A stretch of DNA of 64,000 bases, taken from Psilocybe cubensis (taxonomy: Eukaryota). Shown piece by piece: positions 47,081 through 59,347 of this stretch. The position numbers were made by a program, and so were the translations under genes. A model generated the notes under the pieces. It made no database searches. It was not told the DNA's origin and saw only the letters and a program-made list of their open reading frames with translations. Every line of letters begins with the position of its first letter. Positions within the stretch are counted from its first letter, which is position 1. The DNA lies in contig CM039009.1 in NCBI GenBank assembly GCA_017499595.2, forward strand, positions 682,001-746,000, in the 5' to 3' direction.

Positions 47081-49531
47081 ATGTCCAACGTTGTACACTC
47101 CCCACATATGGACAAGGACGAAGCCACTAACTTTGAGGATGAAGATCTCATTGATATGTCCGACACAGACCCAGACCCGGATTCAGACGAACTCACACCC
47201 GATTCCATCGCTCAGCTGTGGGGTTTTTTAGAGCCCCTCGGGCCAGGGCCTTCCGCTGTACGGTTCCCTAAGGCAATCTGCCGTTGGTCCTTTGGCAGGA
47301 AGAAGGATGACAATGTCAATTCTGTTGTACTTGATTGTTTAAAGATCAGTAAGTGCCGTCCTGGAAAATTTATGCATAACCTAACACGATCCATAGGCAG
47401 TCAACATTGTGTCATTACCTATCAAGGGAATAATGTGGTCACAGTACTGGACATGTCATCGAACGGAACATGGGCAAGTCTTTTTCACCGATGAACCCTT
47501 GTATCTGTGGCTGATGTATGTACAGATCAATGGGCATAAAATTGGCAAAGGTAAAACGATGAGACTTTGCGACGGAGACAAAATCTGTCTCGGAACCACA
47601 ATTCCACAGCCCCAGAATGGAGGAGTGGATGACTATCGTAGGCACTTCACTGATGATGGTTTAACTATGGGTATGATAGTAATCATTGATTTAGGGTATA
47701 CCTATCACCACATGGCCGATGGCAAGAGTTATGGAGGATTTACAGATAACTTCTTACTCGGTTTTGAACTGGGGAAAGGTGCCTTTGCTTCAGTCCACGA
47801 GGCAATTCACAAGAAAACTGGAAGAGCATTTGCGGTCAAAGTCATCCCGCCAACGATACTGAATAGACCCTTCCTTTCAAAGTTGGCAGCGCAACGGTTT
47901 TACGACCGCTTCACTCGCGAAATCGATTTGTTGAAGAGACTCGAGCACCCCAACGTTTGTAAGTTTATGCAGGTATACTGCGAAGAATATACCATCTGTA
48001 CGTCTTCAGTTTTTATTACTTCTCGTATACCCTGACATCATTCCCAGATATGATTCTTGAACTCGTAAGCGGTGGTGAATTACTTTCGCTCATCCACAAA
48101 AGAGGGAGGCTTGGTACGTTACTTTTGAACCTCTGATATTCTATCTCTAATGATAGCTAAAGAGGAGAGGCACGCCAGAGATATCACCTATCAAATCTGC
48201 GATGCTATGGCTGTATGTTTTTATTTATTTTCGAGGTCGTGATAGGTAAAACTAACCATGCGGTATAGTACATTCATAGCCAAGGAATTGTCCATCGGGA
48301 TCTCAAGCCAGAGGTACGTTTAACTAATTCCATTGCCTTGAAAATATTAACTGTATCAAAGAATATCCTGGTCACTGATGAGGACCATCCTATCGCAAAA
48401 ATTGCTGATTTCGGGATTGCAAGGCTCGTTGATGACGTGAAGATGGCTTGGGTACGTGCAACTGAGTAACACATCGTCAGTCGATCTGACATACATTATC
48501 ATTCTAGACTATATGCGGCACACCATATTATATTGCACCAGAGTTAGAAGACTTTGAGTATACCGAAAGGTTTAACGACAAAGTCGACAGTTGGTCCGTG
48601 GGGATCATCGTGTTTATGATGTAAATTTTCGACTTAAAAAAAGGAGACATATATTGATAAATTGCGCTAAAGGCTCACAGGGAAGCAACCTTTCGTCGAC
48701 GCTGATGATCCCCAAAAATTCAAAGCCCGCAAAGTAGATTGGATCACACTGTCCACTACCCCCGCTACTGACCAGGAAGGTAAATTGGAGCCAACTTTTT
48801 CAGTATTCAGCAACTGAATCAGATTTTCAGCGGTGTATTTTGTATCAGAACTTCTCGAAATAAATCCCAAACTTCGTTTATCCCTCTCTCATGCTCATCG
48901 CCACCACTGGCTGCGAGACCACGAGCCATACCATCGCAGTATCGCAGCACTTTACAGATCCGCCAATAGGGAACCCGAGGATGATTCTGGTCCGCTCATT
49001 CTAAGTCGACCTAGTCCTACTCTCCCAGTTGAAAGTTCCGCCGACAATCCGCCGCCAGAACCTGCTTCATCGCTTCAACCACGCGCAATGGTGCTCGCTG
49101 CCGCACAAGAAAGCGGCGCAATTATCCGTCAGCCATCTGCAGAAATTCTCATCAACCTCTCGCGGCAGCGTTCCAGGAATGCGAGCGCAGGACCAAGCCG
49201 CATTCCTGCTAACAATGATGAAGATAGCAACAAGCGTGCTCTAGACTACATCTCAGAGGAACCATCAACGGGCGGCTTTGATGACATAGATATGCTCGCA
49301 GAGAGTCCGATCAGGACGCCCCGTCCTGCTCGCAAGAAGGCAAGAGTGGTATTTGGGTCTCCAACGACGGCCAACTCTGAATCTAACCAGAACATGGTAA
49401 ATGAGGACGTGCAAATGATGAGCCCAACAAAAACACCTGCCCGGGCCAGGAGGATACCACCTCCGCCAAAGTCGGTGGAAAGACGGTCCTCTCGAATCAA
49501 AAAAGCAAACCTGCGCAAACTTCAAAAATGA
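47081..49531 (+). CDS. FHA-domain Ser/Thr kinase (Chk2/Rad53/Dun1-like, CAMK group), multi-exon
   Basis: FHA motifs FGR, ISxQHC, SSNGTW|ING. Kinase motifs [47 protein letters not shown]. Disordered basic C-tail. Confidence 0.9.
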
Positions 49532-49757
49532 TTTTTGTTACCTCTAGGCAGATGGTGTGTATTGTTATTCGTCTATGTTGCTATGTTGTTGTATGGCTCT
49601 GTATGTACTACTTTTACGTTGAAGTATTTCGTTTTCATGTTGTATGTTATGCATTTGGTTTGAAGTATACGATTACCACGTTGCACACATATACCCTAAG
49701 AAGGTCGTCATCTGATGAGAGTGCGATAAACCACACATTCGAACCAGCTTTTTAAAA

Positions 49758-52700
49758 TCATGTCTGTGGTGATGATGGACGGTTATCACCGTTTTGAGGG
49801 TAAGGGTTATCAGACAAAGACCTAGGATCGTATATCGGATCCGGAAACTTGACACGTTCAACTGGCGTCCTCGTTCTCGTAACAGAACGTAGCACCGGAT
49901 GTAAAGTCTCAGCAGAGGCAGGTACAATTTCCAGCATCTCAATTTTATCTTCCTTGGATGACGTGGAGCTCAGAACAGATGTACGTTGTTGAGGTGCATG
50001 GCTTAGGCTCTCTGAATTCAAAGTTGAGAGACTGAGCGACTGGAAATTATCGATCCGCAACACAGACGACTGCTGTACAGACGATGCTGTGAGCTTGGGC
50101 CCAGGATCAACGGCAGTAGGCCCCTCAGAAGAATGCTGTATGTCAGATTTGGTGTGAACAATTTCGCTGAACGCGAGAGCGCTGGAAGACGCAGTCATAG
50201 ATGAGGCTGTGCGTGGAGTGCGTGGGCCTATTTCATCATTCTCAGAATACACCGGTAAGGTCCCCTGCGTGGTTGTAGAAATCGACGGTCGCATGGGAGG
50301 ACTGCGAATGACACCTCTCGAAGGGTGCAAGGACGACTGACGGGGAAGAGTAGAAACTGGAGTAACAGGGGCGACCGCCGGAGCAGGTCGTCGTTTCTCC
50401 CACCAAATACGTGTGAAGGGAGACGCCTCAGAATCCTTAATGTTTGTATCGTGTTTACCTTCCAGGAAAGACCACCAGTCAGGGGAGAACCTCTGCACGC
50501 TTCCAAAGCGGTCCTTGCCGTTGAGTCTGCGCTTGGATAACTGAGCGTTGTCATGTGTGCTACCTGCCTCTTCGATGTCGACGATGTTGCTCTTGTACAC
50601 GAGCATGACAGACATGGTGGCTTCCAGCTCATTGACGGCTGCGTCGTCCATGCATGGTCCGGGCTGCTTGCGTAGCGCATTGATTCGCCTAACATAAATT
50701 CCAGTGAGGTATAGAAGATAGATTGGATTCTTCGGCTGGCGATGCTTTGTAGAAGGCGACGTGTTGAGAGAGGAGGATATCTGGGTCATGATGGTTCGGA
50801 AGATTGTTATGGCTTTAACACGATCCTCGGCGGAATAATTCTCGAGGCTGAGGGTAGTCATGATGCGGAATGTATCCCAAGCAGCCTTCTCCAAGAATTC
50901 GGCGACTCCCCGATGGCTAAGAAGGCAGTTCGGAGAAATATCGTAGTGCGAGTCAGCCGCACCTTTGAAGAATGTGGTCAGAACATGGCCATATTGTTGG
51001 AAAACGGCAACTATTATTATTTGTGTAGATCAGAAAACAGGTCAGAGGGCTATAAAAAAGCATACCGGAGATATCATTCCTTAGTATTCTGAAACGATGT
51101 TGGTCGAATAGGTCACCCTTGAGATATGGCGGAAGCGGCTCCTGGAGATTATGCTCGATATGATACCAACGAGAATAAAAGGCGTCCGCTAGTCGCAGCC
51201 CTAATTCTACACGATGCTGATGGAATTCTTTCGCATAGTAAGAATTTGTAAGGCGGTCGGTGATGAGGAACATATTCTGGTGGTGCAAGATGGCAATATA
51301 ACTATGGAATTCCATTCGCAATGTGACTTTTCCGAAATTGATATTGGAGGATAGGTCGTGATGATGAGGCTGAGAAGCATCCACGTTTGGACGCATCAAC
51401 GACTGAAGGAATTGGTTGCGTCGCACAATCAGCTTGAAAGTCGAGTCCAACTCGGTACGTTCGACCGCACCTCGTTTCCGATTTGGATGGTTACTTGGAG
51501 TGAACGGGGACGAGAGCTCATAAAAGCAATGATATGCAGCGGTCAAAATTTCAGGCGCCACTCTCAGCCCATCCACGATATCACGGAATGTCTTTGAAAT
51601 GTCGTATAGTGGGGGGAAGTCATTGTGGGACAAGAATTTGTGGTAACCATCCACTGTTTCGGAGCACACGCATGCTTGCCGGACTGACAGCCAACACAGG
51701 TCGATTTCCGCCCACGTCTTTTTCGACCACGTTTTCGACAAGTAGGATAACGCATGTTGATTTTCGGTGTTCAATTTGGACAGCGAACTCAGTTTTTTAC
51801 CAAGGTCGCGGAAACGCTGAGAATGATTAGCCAGGAGGTCTGAGGTGTAGTAGCAGACAGCGTGAAAGAGACCAGACTGGGGAGATTTGTACGGGCAAGG
51901 CGAGGGAGGCGCTTGGGGAAGAAGCCATATGTAGAGAAGAATGCATTGAAGGGCCGGAAGGACGGTAGTGAAAATGAGTAACACCAATGAAATAGTTATG
52001 ACAGTTGCGACTGACACGAGCACCGTTTTATTTCCCAGCATGTGGAGAAAGTCGATCATTCCAGCAAAGAAGAGCACAAGGGCTATAGCGAGAAAGAGTG
52101 GGAAAGTAGTGATGATGTCCTGGACGTGCCATTTGTCCAAAGCTTCAATGCGCATGTTCAGTATTGCGATTTTGTCTCTTGACGATTGCCCAGTGAAGGC
52201 CTGATGCTCTCGGAGCCACTGCATGACGATGATTCCTGAAAGGATGACTGTAAGACTGAGTATCAAGCTGATGAACCAGCAAACATTGACGCGAACAGCT
52301 GCACTGCTCGGAACGAATGTCGATGAGGGTTGAGTCGCAATCGATGCCACCTTTTCCGCTGTGCTGGAGGAATTATTAAGACCTTCAGCGATGATAGCTA
52401 GAAGGCTGACAAGATTGGCGTTGGGGTCGGGTTGCAATGTCTTGTAAGATTGGGAGATGAAGGCAGTAACCAAACCCGAGAACAGACCAGCCTTTGATTC
52501 AAGAGGTAGGGTTCAGCATTGCCGCCACCCGCAAAGCAATAGGCAAACTCACGAAAATGAGAAGATTCTGTATTTCGTTGTTCCAAGCGTCACACCGATG
52601 CTTCTCCTTTTCCACCAAAGGGTCCAATAAAACCTTCCACGGATCACCGACAGGCGGCTTTGGGGCGTACTTGAAGTCATCCTTGAGTTCCCATGCCTTA

Positions 52701-52791
52701 TCTCCCTGAGCGATCAGGCTGTTAGGTGCGATTCGTACGATACGAGATTTGGGCGTACCTCTGCAGCATTCTGTGCTACAGGATGGGGCAT
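49758..52791 (-). CDS. DUF6535-type multi-pass membrane protein, paralogue 2
   Basis: KAWELKDDFKY...CDAWNNEIQNLLIF|AGLFSGLVTAFISQSY..LQPD...AVRVNVCWFISL...CPYKSPQS; same intron layout as 41709. Confidence 0.8.
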
Positions 52792-54009
52792 GGTGGGCAC
52801 CTCACTCAGATGGGGGAAGAACGAGGGTGAGAACCCAGATTATCATCCTTGCCAACTGGCGCTGAGCAATGACCAATCGTCCGGAGAATTGAATAGACAA
52901 GCGCCTACTGGTTCCCATGTGCAAGGTCATTAGGTGGCAGAAAAGAATAGATCTCACGTACGAGTGGTGCGTCACCGGTGGCAAAAGGCCGCCGTTGAAT
53001 TGGCCAGCAAACTTTAACAACTTGTCGATCATACTGTCGCATAGCCTTCTAAATGTTTTGCTGTCTTGAGGGCATCACAACCATAGAACTTTTGCTATTT
53101 TCATTCTTTTGCTTCTGAGAGGTGAGAATATATCCTATCTTGACAGTCGGAACGAGGCGTTATCAGGATGGCCGTCGCGTAGTCTATTAAAAGGGTTTAG
53201 CTTTATCATATAATAAAATAATGCCCGACCTCTAAACTCACTGTTACTCACAAGGTTACTCTAGATCGTTGACCGACGAAGAGAAAAAGTCCAGCGCCAT
53301 CTCCCGACTCCCGCGACTCCCGCCCCGCCCGATGATTCTGACGTTTGGGGGGAAGTCAGGTGTACGGTCAGAAATGAGCCGTGGGTAAGGTCAATGTAGT
53401 TAACCACGGAACCTGGCTTCGAGCGCGTCGCGAAAAGCGGATTAGCGAAGTTGCGGGTTGGCTAAACAAGAACCGCGCCGCTGAGGTTGAATGACACGCT
53501 AACCCTAACACCGCGAAGCACTAAAGAAAGGGATAGTGGGTGGGTAAAAAATTTGACTTGAAAGAAGATTTTGTTAAATCTTGACTTGATGATGGTGGAC
53601 GCAGAAGAAAATTTGTGAAGAAACGACGTCGGTCGCGAAAAGCTTACTTCTTGTTTACTTCACAAATTTTTCACCTAGCTTATGCCGCTTACAAAGTTCG
53701 TCACGCGTCAACTCGTCACTCGCCGTCCTATCTTTTAGTAGCACTCTCAGGCTGACAGCTCTCCTTCGCCGGCAACTCTCTGGTCGTTTCAAAGGCTTTC
53801 TACTGATTTATTCACGTATCTACAGTCATAGCTTTGAGTGTGAAGTTGAAAATTTGGTTTGAATCTTCCAAAGTCTTTCAATCCAAACCGCACGACAGTA
53901 CGGCCCAGTAACCACCAAAGCGTTTGTTCAACCATGTATGTACAATCATCTTGATTCATCTTTGTTGATATTGATCATGTAGATAAATGTAGATAGAGAG
54001 CATCAACTG

Positions 54010-54190
54010 AAGTTATTTCTGTCGCCCTTCACATGCTAGCCAATGGAGGGAATCCAGCAAGTTTGTTCTGTGGAGCATTCATGGAATCAAATATTACCAC
54101 GCCGTCGTTCTGCAAACCGCATGTTCCAGTGCATCAAACTCCCTTGCATGCCTTCGCATGGTTCCTCTTTCTCAGAGCATCATTCACTTT
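54010..54190 (+). pseudogene. Type-B carboxylesterase/lipase fragment, copy 1
   Basis: ISVALHMLANGGNPASLFCGAFMES then, after a frameshift or deletion, YHAVVLQTACSSASNSLACLRMVP. Matches COesterase segments; no intact ORF. Confidence 0.7.
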
Positions 54191-54319
54191 CGTGCCCAAG
54201 TCGATAGTCTATGCGATGTTCTATGTTTTCGTCTATACTGGGTTTAATTTTAAGTCGCATGTCAAGAACATGTTTGCCTATCCCAGTTTCTCCTACTACA
54301 ACCTGTGAAAATCTCTACG

Positions 54320-55092
54320 TTATATCGACTCGTACTGCGGTGGAGGTTCCACCCCTTCCAGCTCTCCAAAAGCATGTGTTGATGACGTACTTGGGCCGGC
54401 TCGTGCTTGTGCGGTTATCGTTGCTGAGGCTCCCTCACGCCGCATTCTTTCTATCTGGCCTTCTAGAACATCGATGTATTTTTGTGCAGCCTCGAATGAT
54501 TCCGGAGGGCTCGATAGGTGAGGAGGTGGGGATGACTTGGTAAAAGGGTTGGCTGTAAAGTTTTCAATCTCTGAACGTTGTCGCTTGCGTCGTCTACAAT
54601 AGACCAATAGGAATACCAAAAGACCTAGTATCGCCGCGATTGCAACTCCCACAGATATAAGGATAATTTTCAAAGGTTCCATGTGGTGCCCCTGAGCCTG
54701 GTTTGGGTTGATCGCCGTAGTTCCCGCCATATTACTTGCTGTACTACTCGTTGCGAGTGGATCTTGTGTATTCGCTGCAAACCTTGAACTGCTCGATGGC
54801 ACAGTCGTGTCAAATGTGTTCGCTGCTTGACTGATCGCAGTCGGCGGGAACGGGTCGATTGCCTGTGTAACGGGGCCAAATTGGTCATTTCCAGCTGCAG
54901 TGGTCACAGATGATGGATTGCTTCCAATCGCGAACGTTGCTTCAAGTTGAACTGGGAGGCGGCGGTTACCTGGAATTGGAGTGGCCTCTTCATCCCCTTC
55001 GTTATTGCATGTGTTGAATATTTTGTAGCTGAGAACTCACGTTTTGGTCCAGCGCTAAGCACAGGAAACGTGGGGGGCATAAGGGTCGGCAT
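54320..55092 (-). CDS. Single-pass membrane protein with NPF and C-terminal PPxY motifs, copy 1 (2 coding exons)
   Basis: MPTLMPPTFP... with an intron joining in frame to ORF 54320-54907. TM IILISVGVAIAAILGLLVFLLVYC, RRRKR, ANPFT, AQKYIDVLEGQIERMRRE, PPPQYESI*. Confidence 0.8.
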
Positions 55093-56181
55093 CCTAGATG
55101 TTAACTGATTAAATGTTGAGCGTGACGACGGATGGAATATATAAATTTTGGGCGAAAGGATACACCTTCCGGAAGCTCATAAAGAGAATATTTTAGCTTG
55201 CAAGAATGAACAATGCGTAAACACTCACATGATGATGTATATGGAGTATATCTGCACTGACTCTAATTGTAAAATGGGCGGCAAAAAGGGTTCTCTTTGT
55301 GAGTGCAGTATATAACAGGCCAATGATCATGAGTCCATGCCTTGTTTAAAATTAATCTTGAAGTAAAGCGAGATGTCTGTCACAAGGCAGTGCATAACAT
55401 GTCCTTGCAAGCGCACTTCCATTTTTCACTATGAGAACAACTTGTAGAAATGTCACTAATGAAAAGTTGAAATTTCTGGCATGGAAATGGGATATATTTC
55501 TACAAAAGTACTATTGCAAATATTGTAAAAATGTTCTCTTTTTACCCGTTAAACCTTGCATTATTTATTAGTGGAATTTTTACAACTCGTTTCTATGAGA
55601 TCAAAGAGTTGACAGTGACTGCCAGTGATGGAATGTCACTTCCAGAATACAAACCTCTGCTTCTGAGAACCTGTAAAAAAGTAAACATGCTAAGCGACCA
55701 TCTGCTATCTGAACAACAATCTTGACGGTTACTTCACAACAGGGGTGAAATTAAATTACACATAGGTCGCTACTCAATCCAATCTGTATGCTCCCTCTTG
55801 ATAAGCGCTGCTCGTTGAAGATTCGAATAGGGTGAGAACACGGATTATCATCCTTCCCGACTCAGCGCCCAGCCTTGAGGCTCCTGAGCAATGACCAGAG
55901 TCATCGTCCGGAGGATTGAATAGACAAGCGCCTACTAGTTCCCATGTGCAAGTCTAATATGAAAGGGTTTAGCTCTATCATATAATAAAATAATGCCCGA
56001 TCTACAAACTCACTGTTACTCACAAGGTTACTCTAGAGATTGTTGACCGACGAAGAGAAAGAATCCAGCCAAATCCGGCGCCTCATGAATCCTGCCCAGC
56101 GCCGACGCAAGGAGCAAACACATCCAAACAAGGCCTCGACTCGCGTGACTAGTAGTGACTCGTCGTCCTTCTCTTTCCGCC

Positions 56182-56925
56182 TAGTCCTGTGCTTATCGCG
56201 CCCCCCAAACCGGGGAGAAAATGATTATGTAAAGTGCGGACTTTGAAACGCGTCGCGCTAATATAGGCCCTCGCGCCCGAACTCTTCTCAACGCGTTTAA
56301 ACAGTTGGTATCTGCTTTAATCCCATAATTTAATGCTTTATGATCAATGTAAATTGTAACTTATGGCATGTAGTCCTTCGGAATATATCCTATATAGTGC
56401 TAGCATGGAAAACAACAATTAACCCACTGCCCACTTGCAAGAAGTTAATCATGTGATAAGTGAAGACCCACCCGCAAGTACCGCTCACATTTATTGTCAT
56501 CAGGACAGAGAAGCAGTGGTGCATTTCTTCTGAAATTTTTGACTTTCATGGCTTATATATCTTATCATGCCGAAGTTTTGAAACAATATAAACTGAATCA
56601 TATTTATGCAGGTATATTTAATGGAGTTGTAAAAGTTCTATTGAAGTTCTACTGATGTAAATGTTTACCTAAAAATCTGTAATGGGCCTATATATTTAAT
56701 TTTAAAGGAAGAGCTGTGCAGTTATTGCCTTGTATAACACGCGAGGATACACACTGCAACTGGGATCAACAAACAACGCGTTGACGACGCGTCCTAATGA
56801 CGCGTCATGGCCGGACCGGATATTCAATGTCCGCGCTTTACATAATAAATTTCTTCCCCGGTTTGGGGGGCGTGATAAGCAACAGACCACATACGTACGT
56901 ATCGTGGTCTATCTACGAGAGACTA
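56182..56925. mobile_element. Mutator-like (MULE) non-autonomous element/MITE, 744 bp
   Basis: 9-bp direct repeat CTTTCCGCC at 56173-56181 and 56926-56934; termini TAGTC...GACTA; about 60-bp inverted repeats (56190-56247 and 56825-56882). The paralogous site near 53720-53760 is empty. Confidence 0.85.
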
Positions 56926-57189
56926 CTTTCCGCCGCTCTGACAGGTCTCCTTCATCGGCAACTCTCTGGTCGTTTCAAAGGGCTCTCTACCGATTTATTC
57001 ATGCGTTCACATTCATAGTTTTGAGTTTAAAGTTGGAAAGTTGGTTTGAACCTTCCAAAAATCTTTCGATCCCAACCACACGAGAGTAGTACGTACCACC
57101 AAAGCGTTTGTTCAACCATGTAGCATCTTGATTCATCTTTTTTGATATTCACCAGATAGATAAATGTAGATGGAGAGCATCGCTTGAAG

Positions 57190-57345
57190 TTATTTCTGTC
57201 GCCCTTCACTTGCCATCCAATGGAGAGAATCCAGTACTAGGTTTGTTCCGTGGAGCACCACCCATGGAATCAAATCTATGACGCCGTCATTCAGCAAACA
57301 GGATGTTTCGGTGCATCAGACTCCCTTGCATGCCTGCGCATGGTT
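57190..57345 (+). pseudogene. Type-B carboxylesterase/lipase fragment, copy 2
   Basis: ISVALHLPSNGENP... and QIYDAVIQQTGCFGASDSLACLRMV; frameshifted. Confidence 0.7.
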
Positions 57346-57507
57346 TATCTGTCTCAAATTGTCATTCACCTACGTATTCAAGCCAATAGTTTATGCGATG
57401 TTCTACGTTTTTTGTCTAGTCCGGTGAGTGTACCAGTCAAGTCGCAAAGTCAAAGTCATGTTCGCCTATCCTAGCTTCGACTATTGAAACCTGTAAAAAT
57501 CACTGCG

Positions 57508-58119
57508 TTATATCGATTCGTACTGAGGGGGAGGTGCAGCCTTTGCCGGCTCTCCTAAAGAAGGTGTGTCTAATGTACTTGGGCCGGCTTGTGATTGTGT
57601 AGTTGCCGTTGCTGTGGCTGCCTCGCGTCGCATTCTTTCTATCTGGTTTTCTAGCACATCAATGTATTTCTTTGCGATTTCGAGCGTATCCGGGGGTTGC
57701 GATGCATGAGTAGGTGAGGATTGTTTGGTAAATGGGTTGACTATACGGTTATCCCTCCCTGAGAGTCGTCGTTTGCGTCGTCTACAATAGACCAATAGGA
57801 TGGCTACCAAGAGGCCTACTATTGCGGTGGCAGCCACCCCCACACCAATGAGGATACTTTTCAAAGATTTTGTGTTCTGCCCTCGATCTTGGCTGACGTT
57901 CGCTGTACTGCTTGCCGTACTACCTGTCGTAAATGGTGGAACTTCAATTGCAGTGCTCAGAAATTTCGCTATGCTCGCTGCATTCCTACGCGCGAGTGGA
58001 CCTTCAAACCTCGTTGTATCACTCGTCATAGGTGTAACCTGACTGCTTAATGAATTTATTGTCGGGAACGCAGGAGGCTGGCTAAGCCTAGGAAACATTC
58101 CGGAAATAAGAGTTGGCAT
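57508..58119 (-). CDS. Single-pass membrane protein with NPF and PPxY motifs, copy 2
   Basis: MPTLISGMFP..., TM SILIGVGVAATAIVGLLVAILLVYC, RRRKRR, VNPFT, AKKYIDVLENQIERMRRE, PPPQYESI*. Confidence 0.8.
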   Translation of the reverse strand: MPTLISGMFPRLSQPPAFPTINSLSSQVTPMTSDTTRFEGPLARRNAASIAKFLSTAIEVPPFTTGSTASSTANVSQDRGQNTKSLKSILIGVGVAATAIVGLLVAILLVYCRRRKRRLSGRDNRIVNPFTKQSSPTHASQPPDTLEIAKKYIDVLENQIERMRREAATATATTQSQAGPSTLDTPSLGEPAKAAPPPQYESI

Positions 58120-59347
58120 CCTAGGCAGGGCAGTAAATGTGGAGCAATACGACGAATGGAATAAATGAAAATTTTCGGTAAGTGTTGGTGGCGGCCTCAA
58201 GCCTGGTACGCCTTTCGAGAGCTCATAAGAATGATGTTTTAGCTCGCAAGAATTTAGAGTGTAGAAATACTCACAGGAAATTGTATAACGCGAGCACTAT
58301 GTAGTATATCTGTCCCAGATCGCTGAAACCGGTTTTCTTTGTGAGTGGGGTTTTATAAAACGGCTGCAGAGTATATCAAACCAATAAAGAGGATGGCTAA
58401 TAAGCTATAATACTGAAAATTGATCCTGATATAAATTTCAAAGATGTGCACCAGAAGGCCACGTCAAATAGCTAATGATAGTACCGGCTGGTGTGCAAGG
58501 TACTACCTACTGAATAATATTCTCCCCTTTCGAGCACCCATAATATAGGGAATCAGAAATCAACATGCTTTTCTGATGAGTATCTTGGACGACCATCTTT
58601 CATCTGAACAATTGCTCTCAACAATGATGTTGAAACCTAGAGGGGATGATCATAAGATCCTTTAATGGCTAATAATTCATATGCATTCGAAAAATACACA
58701 GTAACGGCTTGACGGTTACTTCACAACAAGGGTATAACTTAATTACACATAGATAGCTATTCAATTCATTCTGAAATTACCGTACTGATCAGAAAAACTC
58801 CCCTAAGAATCTTTCTTCAAGTTTCTTGGCGGACTGAAGCTATATTTATCGTAGGTATTTGAGATATTTGAGAAGATTTGAGAAGCCCATGTAACACGGC
58901 AAGTCAAATTCCCTTGTGCACTGCTTGGTACTACGAGGAGCTCGCACATGGCAGAATGGCCAGTCCTTGCACAATTTTGCCACTTACAATGCTTACAAAG
59001 TGATGCGGGCAGCAGTCCAGTGTTAATGATTGAGCCAAAACTCAGATTTCTTTCTTAGTAGTGGCCCATTTTTTTCATGAAGCATTAGGATTGGGCGACA
59101 TCACATCATGATGAGTGCGCATGGATTGTCCTTTACTTTATTGCCACAGTCAAAGAAGATCTTAAATGTGCAAAATGTCCTGATAACAATTTTTTGCAAC
59201 TCCTGTTTGAATACCTTGGATCTACATGTACAGGAGAGGTGGCTACGTTTATGCGTCAAGTCTACCATTGTGTAGTCAAGTTGAATTAAACCCTTCATGT
59301 TTGCCTATTCTAACTTATACTACCACCATCTGACACAATATGCAATG

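Larger units (their letters stand above)
52825..55790. repeat. Tandem segmental duplication, unit 1 (about 3 kb)
   Basis: Blocks 52825-52925, 53190-53297, 53750-54320, the PY gene and 55695-55790 recur in the same order in 55830-58775. Confidence 0.85.
55830..58775. repeat. Tandem segmental duplication, unit 2
   Basis: Colinear homology to 52825-55790, plus a MITE absent from unit 1. Confidence 0.85.

Noticed and set aside
911-49531. ATL, HELLS and Chk2-like kinase as a DNA-damage gene cluster
   Set aside because: Spread over about 48 kb with many unrelated genes between; nothing suggests more than chance linkage.
52950-53060. Coding-looking fragment MIDKLLKFAGQFNGGLLPPVTHHS on the minus strand
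   Set aside because: Short, no recognisable family, and no gene model could be built.
53499-53509. CTAACCCTAAC telomere-like motif
   Set aside because: Fewer than two full units; expected by chance.
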